Assembly: GCA_964653655.1 (NCBI GenBank)
Contig: CAZZHG010000005.1
Coordinates: 2,631 to 66,630, forward strand
Length of the DNA: 64,000 nucleotides
Reading direction: 5' to 3'
Origin: an uncultured Pseudobdellovibrionaceae bacterium
GTDB lineage: Bacteria; Bdellovibrionota; FAC87; UBA2466
Made by a program: the position numbers and the translations under genes
Notes under the pieces: generated by a model
What the model was told of the DNA's origin: nothing
The model's input: only the letters and a program-made list of their open reading frames with translations
The model's database searches: none
In this document: one piece after another, positions 1 through 9,334 of the stretch
Position numbering within the stretch: position 1 is the first letter of the stretch
How the letters are laid out: each line of letters starts with the position of its first letter

Positions 1-119
1 AGCTCCTGATCGAGACTGTCTTTCTCTATCTTGCAGTCCTTGGGTTTGAGCCGAATGACCGTATCGGCGGCGAAACCAGGCATGACTTGGAGCGCCAAGA
101 GCATCAGAAACACCGGCAT
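1..119 (-). CDS. N-terminal part of a secreted protein; the gene continues beyond the left edge of the window.
   Basis: Reverse-strand reading from the ATG at 117-119 gives MPVFLMLLALQVMPGFAADTV..., a signal-peptide-like start with no stop before the window edge. There is no clear SD. Confidence 0.3.
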   Translation of the reverse strand, partial: MPVFLMLLALQVMPGFAADTVIRLKPKDCKIEKDSLDQE

Positions 120-198
120 TTTCGAGGGCATTGGGTAATTGTCGTCGCAAGGGGGAGTTGTCTCAAGGCACGGAGTTAACTTACCGAAAAGATAGGGA

Positions 199-3100
199 AT
201 GCGCCTCGCCCGACTCTTTCTCTCTCTAATGATGTCAGTCGCGCCGCTTTCCGCGGACGAAGCGCACGATTCCGCGGCGACCGACGCCGGCTCGACCGAG
301 ATTACGACGGCCTATCCTTACGATCTCCAGCAGTGCCGCTTTCTGAAACGCGACAAGGGTTACTACTTTTTGGAGAAGGATTGGCACTTCCGCCAGACAG
401 GGCTCGATCTGTTTCGCAAGCATCCGCTCGTGAAGCGGGCGGATTACAGCAAGATTCAGCTGGGAATACTCGACACCCCGATTCGGGCGTCGGAAAACCC
501 GAAGGCCGGAAAACGGGTGAAGGCAGCTTCGAACGCCACCGCCGACGACCAGGACACCTTCCATGGAACTCACGTCGCGGGCATCGCCGCTTCGAAAACG
601 GTCGGCGTAAATCCGCGTTTGCCGCTAATTTCTCATCCGCTCGATTTTGAATGGACGATCTTCTCTCCGAGCATCGTAAACGCCTTGATCGCCGCCGGTA
701 AGGATCCCAAGACAAGAGTGGTTAACCTTTCCATCCACGCGCTCGAACACCCGCTCATCAAAGAGCAGGTGCTGGAGCTGACGAAGAAAGGCGTTTGGGT
801 CGTCTACGCCGCGGGAAACAACGGCGAAGTAAACGTCGGAGACAGCGCGCTTCTCAGAGAGCTGTCGCAGGTTCCCGAGCTCTTCTCCATCGGCGCGCTC
901 AACTACTTCGGAACCCCCGCATCATTCAGTAATCACGGCTCGAGCGTCGATTTCTACGCGCCGGGCGAGAGGATTCAGTCTCTTAACGCCGACTACGTTC
1001 CCGGAGAGAAAAAATCCAAAGCGAAGGCGGTGGCGGACGGAACGAGCATGGCGGCGCCTTACGCTTCGGCCGTACTTGCCACCATGCGGGCGATCGAGCC
1101 CTCTCTCACCGCGGAAGAAGCCTTGGAGCTCATCAAGGAGACGGCGATTCTCAGAGGCACGAAGGAAGTCGTGTCTCAGATTAACCCGTACCTCATCGTT
1201 TCCTATCTGGAGGCAATCCGTCTCGCCCGCCTGAAGCAGGAATGCAAGAAGCTGGTCTCCTGTTTTCCCGCGGCGAAGCGCGCCATTCAGGAGAAGGCGG
1301 AAGCTCTAGCCACGGCCCTCAAATCGCCGGAAAACAACAACTGCGACGAATGGGAGAAATTCCAAAATCAGCTTCGCCAAGGCTACTTCCTTACTCGCGG
1401 AAGAGATCCCCGTTTCAGCGGACCGCTCGTTCGCCTCTCCCAAAATGCCCCCCGGGGAAAAGCTGCGGAATCCGTTCTGTACACTTCGGGCGTCGCTCAG
1501 GAGCGGGCGCTCCCGGAGTTCATGGCCGATCACGGCGGCCTACTCGCAAAGGAAGAGGGAGAAGCCTCGAAAGCTTTCTTCGACGGCCGGCCGGACAAGC
1601 TGACCAAGGATGAGCTGGAGGTATCGTTCTCCAATCTCGACGCCATCTGGAAACGTTGTGAGAACTTCTTCTTCGTCCAAACCGACAATGGATTCTGCCA
1701 CGAGATGTTCCACGTCATGCCGAAGTCGTTGAAGCTCGCCTTGGCGAAAAGACTCGTCGATGCCAAGAAGCCGCTTTCGTCGATAAACCTGCTTCGAACC
1801 AACTTCCGGCTCTACGAGGACCCGGCGTCGCTACCCCTGCACAATGCGCTAGTGCCGCTCGCCATCGAGGGAATGGAGAAAAAGGTCCTCACTTCGACCG
1901 AAGCCGAGCACATGCTCGAAGAACTTCCGGAGCTTGCCGAGCAGGCCAGAAAGCAGGTGCTCCCCCTCCTGGAATCCTGCCTGAAAAGCCCCATCGCCGA
2001 GGAGCACAAGTACTGCCGCCGGTACATTGCCCGGGCCAAACTCTATCTGACCGCCGACTCCACGGCGGCGGACGACGAGAATGCCGCCAAGGAAATCGCC
2101 AAGGAATACGACATTGCCCTTCCCTACGCCGCTCTTCGAGTTCAAATCGAACGCGCCAGGGCCGGATTTTTCGACGAAGGAAAGATGGCGAACGTGTTGC
2201 TACGGCAACTCGCCGAGTGGAAGGAAATCGACGCGCCCTACACGAAGAAAGAGGAGAACCACGAGTTCGGAGCGCGCAAGGAGCTCTTCAACGACTGGCT
2301 GGAAGTGGCGAAGAGCCCCTTTTACGGCAAGCTAGTGGGCCAGATTCTCGCCAACCCGGCGAACCTGAAAGTCCTGGACCAGTTGCTTCACGGCAAAACG
2401 GCATTCCCCGATTCGGCGTGGGAAGGTTTCTTCCCGCTCGCCCAGCTGGAGCCGAAGGACCGCAAAGCCCTGCTGGAGGGGATCGCCGAACACTGGACCC
2501 TCAACGATTCAACGAGGGCGAAGCGCTACTTCACCCTGCTACAAGCGAACTCGGATCTACCGGAGGCGGCAAGCGTCCTCGAAGGTCTCAAGAAGAAGGA
2601 TCAGCCTACTCCCTTTTGGAAGGCGGCTCGGCGAAGTTACCTGCAACATGCCGCCGAAACGGCGACCGGTCCGACACCCGCTCTCGCGCAGCTTCTGGAT
2701 GAAACGCCGAAGAGCGAGCATTGGCTGACCCTGGCGTACCTCGACAAGGATTCGGCCGCCAAGGACCCCGAGTTCCTGAAACGTCTGGCGAAGATCTCTG
2801 AAGGAGCTCCCGCCGATTCCCTGCTCGCCACGGAGCTACTCGAGTGGATGAGCGTAAGCCTTCTGGGACAGCCCAAGGTCGAGACCAGCAACGCCATCGC
2901 GCCCATTCTGATTCCTAAGCTCGCCGAACTTTTTCGGGCGAGGGGACGATGGAACGAGAGCGGCGCACTCATTCCGGGCATCGGAACGAGTCTAAATCGG
3001 CTGTCCGAACGCCGGCCCCATCGATTCGCCCAATCGATTTTCCAGTTCGAAAAAATGCTCGCGGACGAAAAGTGGCTGACGGCGGACGACACACCAGAGG

Positions 3101-3552
3101 CGGATGACGAGCGGAAACTGGAGTCCATCTATCGGCGAAAAGATCTGTTTCTGGCGTTGAACACACTGACCAGCTCCGTCCAGGGCGACGCCTATCTGCA
3201 AAGCCACCCGAAAATGCTCGAATGGATGGTGAAGACGGCAACCGATCCCGATACGGACGAGAAGCTGGAGAATGCGGCACTCAATCCGACGCTGACATTC
3301 GCGTTGAAAGACAAAATCCCCGAAAAGTTGGGACCGGCGACCCGGACTCCCAACTGGCTCCTCGAAGTCACCTGGCGGCAACCCAAAGCTACTCCCAAGA
3401 TAGTTCAACTTTACAAGGAGAGCCGCCGCCCCGAACTTCTGCAATCTCTTCAACAGGCCCTCCTGCTGTTTCCCGAAAGACTTAGTTACGACGTGAAAAG
3501 GGAAATCGAAGGGCTTCCCGTTAGCGATCCGCCGATCGGAGGGGGCCCATGA
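199..3552 (+). CDS. Secreted subtilisin-like serine peptidase (S8 family) with a roughly 750-aa C-terminal extension of unknown function.
   Basis: Signal peptide MRLARLFLSLMMSVAPLSA. The S8 catalytic triad motifs are present in order: D in LGILDTPIR, H in HGTHVAGIAAS, S in GTSMAAPYASAVLA. The long helical C-terminal region matches no family I recognise. Confidence 0.8.
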   Translation: MRLARLFLSLMMSVAPLSADEAHDSAATDAGSTEITTAYPYDLQQCRFLKRDKGYYFLEKDWHFRQTGLDLFRKHPLVKRADYSKIQLGILDTPIRASENPKAGKRVKAASNATADDQDTFHGTHVAGIAASKTVGVNPRLPLISHPLDFEWTIFSPSIVNALIAAGKDPKTRVVNLSIHALEHPLIKEQVLELTKKGVWVVYAAGNNGEVNVGDSALLRELSQVPELFSIGALNYFGTPASFSNHGSSVDFYAPGERIQSLNADYVPGEKKSKAKAVADGTSMAAPYASAVLATMRAIEPSLTAEEALELIKETAILRGTKEVVSQINPYLIVSYLEAIRLARLKQECKKLVSCFPAAKRAIQEKAEALATALKSPENNNCDEWEKFQNQLRQGYFLTRGRDPRFSGPLVRLSQNAPRGKAAESVLYTSGVAQERALPEFMADHGGLLAKEEGEASKAFFDGRPDKLTKDELEVSFSNLDAIWKRCENFFFVQTDNGFCHEMFHVMPKSLKLALAKRLVDAKKPLSSINLLRTNFRLYEDPASLPLHNALVPLAIEGMEKKVLTSTEAEHMLEELPELAEQARKQVLPLLESCLKSPIAEEHKYCRRYIARAKLYLTADSTAADDENAAKEIAKEYDIALPYAALRVQIERARAGFFDEGKMANVLLRQLAEWKEIDAPYTKKEENHEFGARKELFNDWLEVAKSPFYGKLVGQILANPANLKVLDQLLHGKTAFPDSAWEGFFPLAQLEPKDRKALLEGIAEHWTLNDSTRAKRYFTLLQANSDLPEAASVLEGLKKKDQPTPFWKAARRSYLQHAAETATGPTPALAQLLDETPKSEHWLTLAYLDKDSAAKDPEFLKRLAKISEGAPADSLLATELLEWMSVSLLGQPKVETSNAIAPILIPKLAELFRARGRWNESGALIPGIGTSLNRLSERRPHRFAQSIFQFEKMLADEKWLTADDTPEADDERKLESIYRRKDLFLALNTLTSSVQGDAYLQSHPKMLEWMVKTATDPDTDEKLENAALNPTLTFALKDKIPEKLGPATRTPNWLLEVTWRQPKATPKIVQLYKESRRPELLQSLQQALLLFPERLSYDVKREIEGLPVSDPPIGGGP

Positions 3553-3857
3553 GAGCTCTACTCCTCCTATTGGCGTTTTCGCTAAGCTCGCTTGCCGACG
3601 AGAAACCTTTAGTCACCGTCGTTTTCAACAATCCGGTTTCCTGCGGACAGGCGATTCAGATCGTCCGTTCGGTACCCGTCTCTCTCAACTGCAACCGGGA
3701 TCGGCGGGCCGATTACGCCTATTCCGTCGTCCCCATCGGCGTGGCTCCCGTCGGAAAAATCCTGGGTCAGCTACGCCGGCTGCGGGGAGTCCGCCGTGCC
3801 GAGCTCTCCGTCGGCGAAGGCGGAACCAAGCTCCCCACCCTGCCCGGCGGCTACTAA
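3549..3857 (+). CDS. Small secreted protein translationally coupled to the S8 peptidase; possible cognate inhibitor or chaperone (speculative).
   Basis: Its start codon overlaps the stop of the S8 gene in ATGA. The product begins with signal peptide MRALLLLLAFSLSSLA. Confidence 0.5.
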   Translation: MRALLLLLAFSLSSLADEKPLVTVVFNNPVSCGQAIQIVRSVPVSLNCNRDRRADYAYSVVPIGVAPVGKILGQLRRLRGVRRAELSVGEGGTKLPTLPGGY

Positions 3858-3924
3858 AAGAGCTATTGATAATTCGAACGGTTCGACTAGAACTCTTCGG
3901 ATAAACCGAAGGTAGAGACTAGTC

Positions 3925-4818
3925 ATGACTCTGGACCAGTTGAGATACTTCGCCGCCGTGGCCACCTACCAGCACGTAGGCCGAGCCGCGAATGCGGTTG
4001 CCATCAGCCCCAGCGTTATCAGCGCTTCCATTTCCTCTCTCGAAGAAGAGCTCAACTGCGAACTGTTCCGTAAGCGCGGCCGCGGAATCGAGCTGACTCC
4101 GGACGGAGAGCGCCTACTCGAAAAAAGCCGGACCATTCTGTCGGGAGTCGACGGCCTGAAGGCCGAAATGAAGCGCGAGCCGGAATCGCTTTCCGGCCGC
4201 TACCGTCTCGGCGCCAGCCACTTTCTTTCGTCGAGACTGATGTTTCAGGGATGGCACGAGCTGCAGAAGAAACACCCGCGTCTCGTGGTCGACATGCATT
4301 CCATGAACACGGTTCACGCCATCGCCGAAGTGCTGTCGGGACGGCTCGATCTCGCCGTCTGCATCGGTCCGCTCAAGCACCCTGCTCTCTCAGAATATCC
4401 CCTCCACCGCGGCGACTTGGTGGTGGTCGTTCGCAAGGGACACCCGGTTCTGGAAAAGAGCCAGCGCGATCAAATTCGATTTCTCGCCGAGCATCCGGCG
4501 GTCATCCACAAGTCCTCGCAAGGCGTGGACGTTTGTGAAACGCACCCGGTGTTCGACCGCCTCGGCTTCCAGCCGAAGATAGACATCTACTTCGACAGCG
4601 ACGATATCGCCGTGCAAACGGTGCTTTTGTCCGATCGCTGGAGCTTTCTGCCCGACGCCGTCGCCTCGTCCCACGCGGAAAAGCTCAGCGTGATTCGTTT
4701 GCCGCGCACCGCCGGTACCGCGCCCTACCACATCAGCGCTCTCATTCACCGGGAACGGGGCAACGATCGGGTACTCCAGGCCCTGATCCAGACCCTCAAG
4801 GACCAGACCGTAAGCTAG
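3925..4818 (+). CDS. LysR-family transcriptional regulator.
   Basis: N-terminal LysR HTH (MTLDQLRYFAAVATYQHVGRAANAVAISPSVISASISSLEEEL...) followed by a roughly 200-aa substrate-binding domain. Total length 297 aa. Confidence 0.85.
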   Translation: MTLDQLRYFAAVATYQHVGRAANAVAISPSVISASISSLEEELNCELFRKRGRGIELTPDGERLLEKSRTILSGVDGLKAEMKREPESLSGRYRLGASHFLSSRLMFQGWHELQKKHPRLVVDMHSMNTVHAIAEVLSGRLDLAVCIGPLKHPALSEYPLHRGDLVVVVRKGHPVLEKSQRDQIRFLAEHPAVIHKSSQGVDVCETHPVFDRLGFQPKIDIYFDSDDIAVQTVLLSDRWSFLPDAVASSHAEKLSVIRLPRTAGTAPYHISALIHRERGNDRVLQALIQTLKDQTVS

Positions 4819-4849
4819 TGTTATACTGGGCCGGTACCAACCGACCTAC

Positions 4850-5452
4850 GTGCGATCCACGACTACACGCTTCATACTAGCGGCCCTCTTCGCGATAGCC
4901 TTCGCGCGCCCGGCCCAGGCCGCCTACCACTTCGGCTTTCAGGGATACGGCGGCTATTCGAGCTCGTCGGTTCCGAACGGCTTCGATAGCCCGACGCTCA
5001 TTCAAGCGGGTATCGGCGCGTCGCTCGGATTCGGATTCCGCCGGATCATGTTGGGAGTCGTTTCCGACTTCCGCTGGATCAGCCAGGTAAGCGCCGTCAC
5101 CAACGGCTCGGGAAACCGCCGAGGCGAAAGATTCAATCTGCTTTCGCCCTCGCTCTTCATCTTTTTCAACAAAGCCTACCTCTCCATCGAGTTTCAAAAG
5201 CTCGGCGAGTACAAGCTGTCGAACCTCACCGCCGAAGGAGCGCAGGTCATCTACCAGGATCCCATCGGCGCTAGAGTAACCTTCGCCTATACGATAGGCG
5301 GCCGGCTTTACCTCGGCGCGTACGTCGAATCCGTTCTCTTTCGTAAGCAGTTCGTCAGCGAGCTGAAAGAGCTGCACCCGCCGCTCAATGTTTGGCAAAC
5401 GGGCCTACTTCTCAGCTGGTCCCTGGAGAAAAGCGGCGGACGTAGAAGATGA
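4850..5452 (+). CDS. Secreted protein, probably an outer-membrane beta-barrel.
   Basis: Signal peptide MRSTTTRFILAALFAIAFARPAQA. The rest has alternating hydrophobic and polar beta-strand-like composition. It sits in an operon-like arrangement with the LysR gene and the BNR lipoprotein. Confidence 0.5.
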   Translation: MRSTTTRFILAALFAIAFARPAQAAYHFGFQGYGGYSSSSVPNGFDSPTLIQAGIGASLGFGFRRIMLGVVSDFRWISQVSAVTNGSGNRRGERFNLLSPSLFIFFNKAYLSIEFQKLGEYKLSNLTAEGAQVIYQDPIGARVTFAYTIGGRLYLGAYVESVLFRKQFVSELKELHPPLNVWQTGLLLSWSLEKSGGRRR

Positions 5453-6669
5453 AACGGGCGCTATTCCTATTTCCTTTCCTGCTCGCGGGCTGCGTGAAGA
5501 CGGGCTTTCCGTCTCTCATGTGCCAGCACCGGGGCTCCTGGAGCTCCGTCGACAACTTCGCGGTGGACGATACCAAGGATGCTGCCGGCTATCGCCCCAC
5601 TTCCGACAAGCTGGGAAACACTTTTATCGTCGGATACGGCACCGACTCCAGCAATACGGAACATTGGGTGGTCAGAAAGAGCGCCGATCGCGGCGCTACC
5701 TGGACGACGGTCGAAGACTTCCAGCTGAATAGCAACAAAGGCGCCATCGGCCTCGGAATTCTCTCTCAGCCCTCCGGCAATCTCTTCGCGGTCGGGTACG
5801 CTTATGACGCCTTGGCGAATCTGAATTGGGTAGTCCGAAAAAGCACCGACGCGGGAGCGACTTGGACCACCTCCGAAGCGTTTCAGCTCTCTGCGGGCCA
5901 GACCGCGACGGGCGATTCCATCACGCAGGATTCGGCGGGGGTACTTTACGCTTCCGGCGCCGCCGCCGACGGAACCGGAATGTTCCACTGGATCGTCCGT
6001 AAAAGCGCCGACAGCGGAACCACTTGGACCACGGTCGACGACTTCAATGCCGTCTCCGACAAGGATGCCTTTGCCGAGGGCGGAGTCTCGGACTCTTCCG
6101 GCGCGCTCTATATCGTCGGCAACGCGATGAACTCGACGTTCAACTCCCGGTGGACCGTGCGAAAGACGGTCGATGGCGGAACCACTTGGACGACTTCCGA
6201 CGATTACAGCAAGGAAAGCGACAAGAACGCGGCCGCAAGCGGCATCGCTGTCGACCACGGCACGTCGATTGTCGCCGTCGGCAACGCGACGACCTCGGCT
6301 TCCGTCCAGATGTGGACCATCCGCCGCAGTACCGACAACGGAGCCACCTGGTCCACGGTCGACGAGTTCACGCTAGCCGATGGCCAAGAGTCTCAAGCCA
6401 ACTCGGTTGTGCGGGATCCTTTCGGAAATTTCTACGTGGTGGGCAGTGCCGTGGACTCGAATGCGCTACGCCATCTCGTCCTGCGGAAATCTTCGGACGG
6501 CGGCGCCACCTGGTCCACGCTTCATGACTTCCAGCTATCGGCCGATGCCAACACATCCGGCTACCGGCTCAACTCCGATCCCGACGGCAACCTCTACGTC
6601 GTCGGACGGGGACAGACCGCTCCCGGTTCCTCCTACCGCTGGTTCACGCATCTTTTGAAATGCGAGTGA
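5449..6669 (+). CDS. Lipoprotein with six BNR/Asp-box repeats (predicted 6-bladed beta-propeller, sialidase-like fold).
   Basis: Lipobox LLAGC. Six repeats of the form W(I/V)VRKS(A/T)D(x)G(A/T)TW(T/S)T...F(Q/N) (SxDxGxTW Asp-boxes). There is a 4-bp ATGA overlap with the upstream gene. Confidence 0.75.
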   Translation: MKRALFLFPFLLAGCVKTGFPSLMCQHRGSWSSVDNFAVDDTKDAAGYRPTSDKLGNTFIVGYGTDSSNTEHWVVRKSADRGATWTTVEDFQLNSNKGAIGLGILSQPSGNLFAVGYAYDALANLNWVVRKSTDAGATWTTSEAFQLSAGQTATGDSITQDSAGVLYASGAAADGTGMFHWIVRKSADSGTTWTTVDDFNAVSDKDAFAEGGVSDSSGALYIVGNAMNSTFNSRWTVRKTVDGGTTWTTSDDYSKESDKNAAASGIAVDHGTSIVAVGNATTSASVQMWTIRRSTDNGATWSTVDEFTLADGQESQANSVVRDPFGNFYVVGSAVDSNALRHLVLRKSSDGGATWSTLHDFQLSADANTSGYRLNSDPDGNLYVVGRGQTAPGSSYRWFTHLLKCE

Positions 6670-6672
6670 GAA

Positions 6673-8655
6673 TCAACGGGAACCGCGCGGATTGGAGCGG
6701 CGTTCGGCGAGCGCGGCCCGGCCCATGAAGGCGAACAGCGTCTGAATGAGCTGATTGTTACGGCGGCTGCCCAGGTAATTTCCAATCAGTCCGAAGGTGA
6801 TGAGCAGACAGGTAAGCGTCGAAAGCACCTTCGCCCCTGAGTAGTCGTCCATCCAGTGGGCGAACAGGTGCAGCAGCAAAGCCCCGAGCAGCGGAACATA
6901 GCTCGTCAACCGGTTATAGAGGCGAGTCGTCTGCGCGACCATGCCCATCTCGATACGAGCTTGCGCCTGGACGTCCGACTCCTGTTTCCACAGCATGGGA
7001 TACAAGACCCGCACGCAGATGAACTGGATGAAGAGGCTCGAGTACCCGAGCGCCACGAGCCAGGCGAACAGGAACGAAACCATGAAATGCGCGAACACCG
7101 GGACCGCAAGCGCGCCCGAGTTCAGGTGGATGAAGAGCGGAAAGAGAACGCTCGAGGGCACCCAGCCTATCGTCGTAACGAGAGCGACCACCGCCGGAAG
7201 GCGAAGCACTCTCTTTCTCAAGAGCGCCTGCTTTTCCAAGGAGAGATCCGTTCGCTTCACGTACGGCAGAATTCCCCTGAGCGCCCAAACCCAGATGCCG
7301 AGACAAACCGCGTAAACGACCGGGTTGTAGACCACCATGAGCGATTTGAAATACGCCTGTTGCACCGACGACAATCGGCTCACAATCTCCAGCTGGTTGT
7401 ATAGGATGTTCACGGCGCTCGCCATTATCTGGGGCACGAGGCCGTAGAGAACGAGTCCGGTAAGAGGACTGCGAAAGCACACCGCCGCGAACCAGTTTCT
7501 GGGCGGCAGCTCCTTGTCGATGCGATAGCGCTCCAAAGCTCCCTTCAGGGCTTTCGCGAACGCACCGGCATCGGCAAATCTCTTCTCGGGATCCTTCTCC
7601 AGCGCCTTATCCAAAACGGTTTTCCAGGGCGCCTCGTCCCGGCAGGGGGGATCCCCGGCGAGGGCCAACCATTCCTTCAATACAATGGCGAGCGAGTAGA
7701 CGTCGGCGCGGCGATCGAGCTTTTTAATCGCGGCCGCCCGGTCTTCGGCGACAAACATCGCTTCCTGCTCGGGCGCCATGTATGCCTTCGTTCCGCCGAT
7801 TTGCCCGGAAGTACCGGCCACGTCTTCGAGCGAAAGAGACACATTGAAATCGCTGAGGAGAAACCGGCCGTAGAGATTGAGCAGGATGTTGGCCGGTTTG
7901 ACGTCGAGGTGAAGCACTCCCTGCTGATGGGCATACTGCAAAGTGTCCGCGAGCCGCGCTCCCGTCCACATCACCATCTCGAAGTAGTCGAGCTTCGCGA
8001 GCATCTCCCGAAACTGGAGACTCGACGGATGAAAGGGCACTTGATCCAGAATCTGCCCGTCGAGAATCTCGAGCACCGCCGCACCCGAGAGCTTTGATTT
8101 CGGAAACGCCCGAAGCTTTGTGAGAATCGTTTCGAGCGTCGCCCCGGGGATGTACTGCATGCACATGAAACGCAGGTTCCGGGCGGAGTCCACCGTGTCC
8201 GAGAACACTTTCACGATGTGATCGTGTTCCAGGGGCGCCATGAGGCGCGCCTCGCGGCCGGAGTTGCGGGACACTTTCAGAGCGACTTCCCGGCCGAGAG
8301 AGATTTGCCGGGCGAGATAGACATGGGCGATGCCGCCCCGGCCGAGACTACGCACGATCTCGAAGTCGCCGACGACGTCGCCCGTGGAGAACTCGGGAAG
8401 GCCTCCCTCGTCGAGCGCGATTCGTTCCAGCAGTTTCGGTCCGACGGGATTGGCGAGAAAAGTCCCCGAGCGCTCGTGGGACTCCGCGAGAGATTTCACT
8501 TCCTCGCTGAGGCGCGCGTCTTCGTGGCCGAGGGCCTCGAAGTACTCCGCCCTCGCCTCTTTACTCAAGGCGAGCGCGCGCTCGAGGCATTCGGCGACCC
8601 GATCCTGAAAGTCGGTGGCGACTTCAGTCTTTAGTTTGTTCTGTGCTGAGCTCAC
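6673..8655 (-). CDS. Membrane-anchored Ser/Thr protein kinase (Hanks-type), with a roughly 90-aa N-terminal extension and a C-terminal polytopic membrane domain.
   Basis: Kinase motifs are present: GxGxxG-like RSLGRGGIAHVY, the catalytic loop HLDVKPANILL, and the activation segment GTKAYMAPE. The C-terminal roughly 250 aa contains multiple hydrophobic helices. The start codon lies 32 bp inside the 3' end of the ECF sigma gene. Confidence 0.85.
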   Translation of the reverse strand: MSSAQNKLKTEVATDFQDRVAECLERALALSKEARAEYFEALGHEDARLSEEVKSLAESHERSGTFLANPVGPKLLERIALDEGGLPEFSTGDVVGDFEIVRSLGRGGIAHVYLARQISLGREVALKVSRNSGREARLMAPLEHDHIVKVFSDTVDSARNLRFMCMQYIPGATLETILTKLRAFPKSKLSGAAVLEILDGQILDQVPFHPSSLQFREMLAKLDYFEMVMWTGARLADTLQYAHQQGVLHLDVKPANILLNLYGRFLLSDFNVSLSLEDVAGTSGQIGGTKAYMAPEQEAMFVAEDRAAAIKKLDRRADVYSLAIVLKEWLALAGDPPCRDEAPWKTVLDKALEKDPEKRFADAGAFAKALKGALERYRIDKELPPRNWFAAVCFRSPLTGLVLYGLVPQIMASAVNILYNQLEIVSRLSSVQQAYFKSLMVVYNPVVYAVCLGIWVWALRGILPYVKRTDLSLEKQALLRKRVLRLPAVVALVTTIGWVPSSVLFPLFIHLNSGALAVPVFAHFMVSFLFAWLVALGYSSLFIQFICVRVLYPMLWKQESDVQAQARIEMGMVAQTTRLYNRLTSYVPLLGALLLHLFAHWMDDYSGAKVLSTLTCLLITFGLIGNYLGSRRNNQLIQTLFAFMGRAALAERRSNPRGSR

Positions 8656-9199
8656 GGAAGAGCCACGCCCTCGCCATGGTCCAATCCCGCTTCACGGTGG
8701 CGGGGGACGTTTTGGTGACTTCTGCGATCTCCTCGATGCTCAAGCCCCCGAAAAAACGAAGCTCGACCACGCGGGCCCGGCGCTCGTCTTCCTTTTCGAG
8801 TTTCTCCAACGCCTCGTGCACGGCTTGAATGTCGAGCCCTTCTTCCTTCGAAAAATTGATGTTCTCCTCGAACGTCACGCGGAACGCCCCGCCTCCCCGC
8901 TTGTCGCGGTTCTTGGCCTTTGCGTGATCCATCAGCACCCAGCGCATCAGCTTCGCCGCGGCCGCGAAGAAGTGCGCACGGTTTTCCCAGCGCACCTCTT
9001 TCTGATCGACCATTTTGAGGAAGGCTTCGTTCACGAGCGCCGTGGGTTGCAGCGTGTGGCCGGGCCTTTCCTTGCGAAGGTAGGCGGCCGCAATCCGGCG
9101 AAGTTGATCGAGCACTTGAGGCAGTAGTGCCTCCAGCGCCTTCTCATCTCCTTGGCGGTAGTTTTCTATGAGCTCGGTGACCGACGCGGGCTTTCCCAT
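8624..9199 (-). CDS. ECF-type RNA polymerase sigma factor (sigma-70 regions 2 and 4).
   Basis: 191 aa. Region 2-like helix near the N-terminus. The C-terminal region-4 HTH reads IEEIAEVTKTSPATVKRDWTMARAWL. A GGAGGA RBS precedes the start. The 3' end overlaps the kinase gene. Confidence 0.8.
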   Translation of the reverse strand: MGKPASVTELIENYRQGDEKALEALLPQVLDQLRRIAAAYLRKERPGHTLQPTALVNEAFLKMVDQKEVRWENRAHFFAAAAKLMRWVLMDHAKAKNRDKRGGGAFRVTFEENINFSKEEGLDIQAVHEALEKLEKEDERRARVVELRFFGGLSIEEIAEVTKTSPATVKRDWTMARAWLFRELSTEQTKD

Positions 9200-9334
9200 G
9201 GGCTCCTCCGATAGGGCTTCCCCTTCTTATCGGCCAAATAATCTCAATAATTTAGGGCATTTAGACACGATGAGCCATTTCGGAGGCCGGCGTCTCATTC
9301 CCCAGTAAGAGCAACAAAACCGGAGGTACTCAAA

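Noticed and set aside
5467-6258. 263-aa minus-strand ORF.
   Set aside because: Antisense to the BNR-repeat lipoprotein gene. The product is Gly/Arg/Val-rich and has no motifs.
8615-9127. 170-aa plus-strand ORF.
   Set aside because: Antisense to the ECF sigma gene, which has clear region 2/4 features. The product is Arg/Gly/His-rich.
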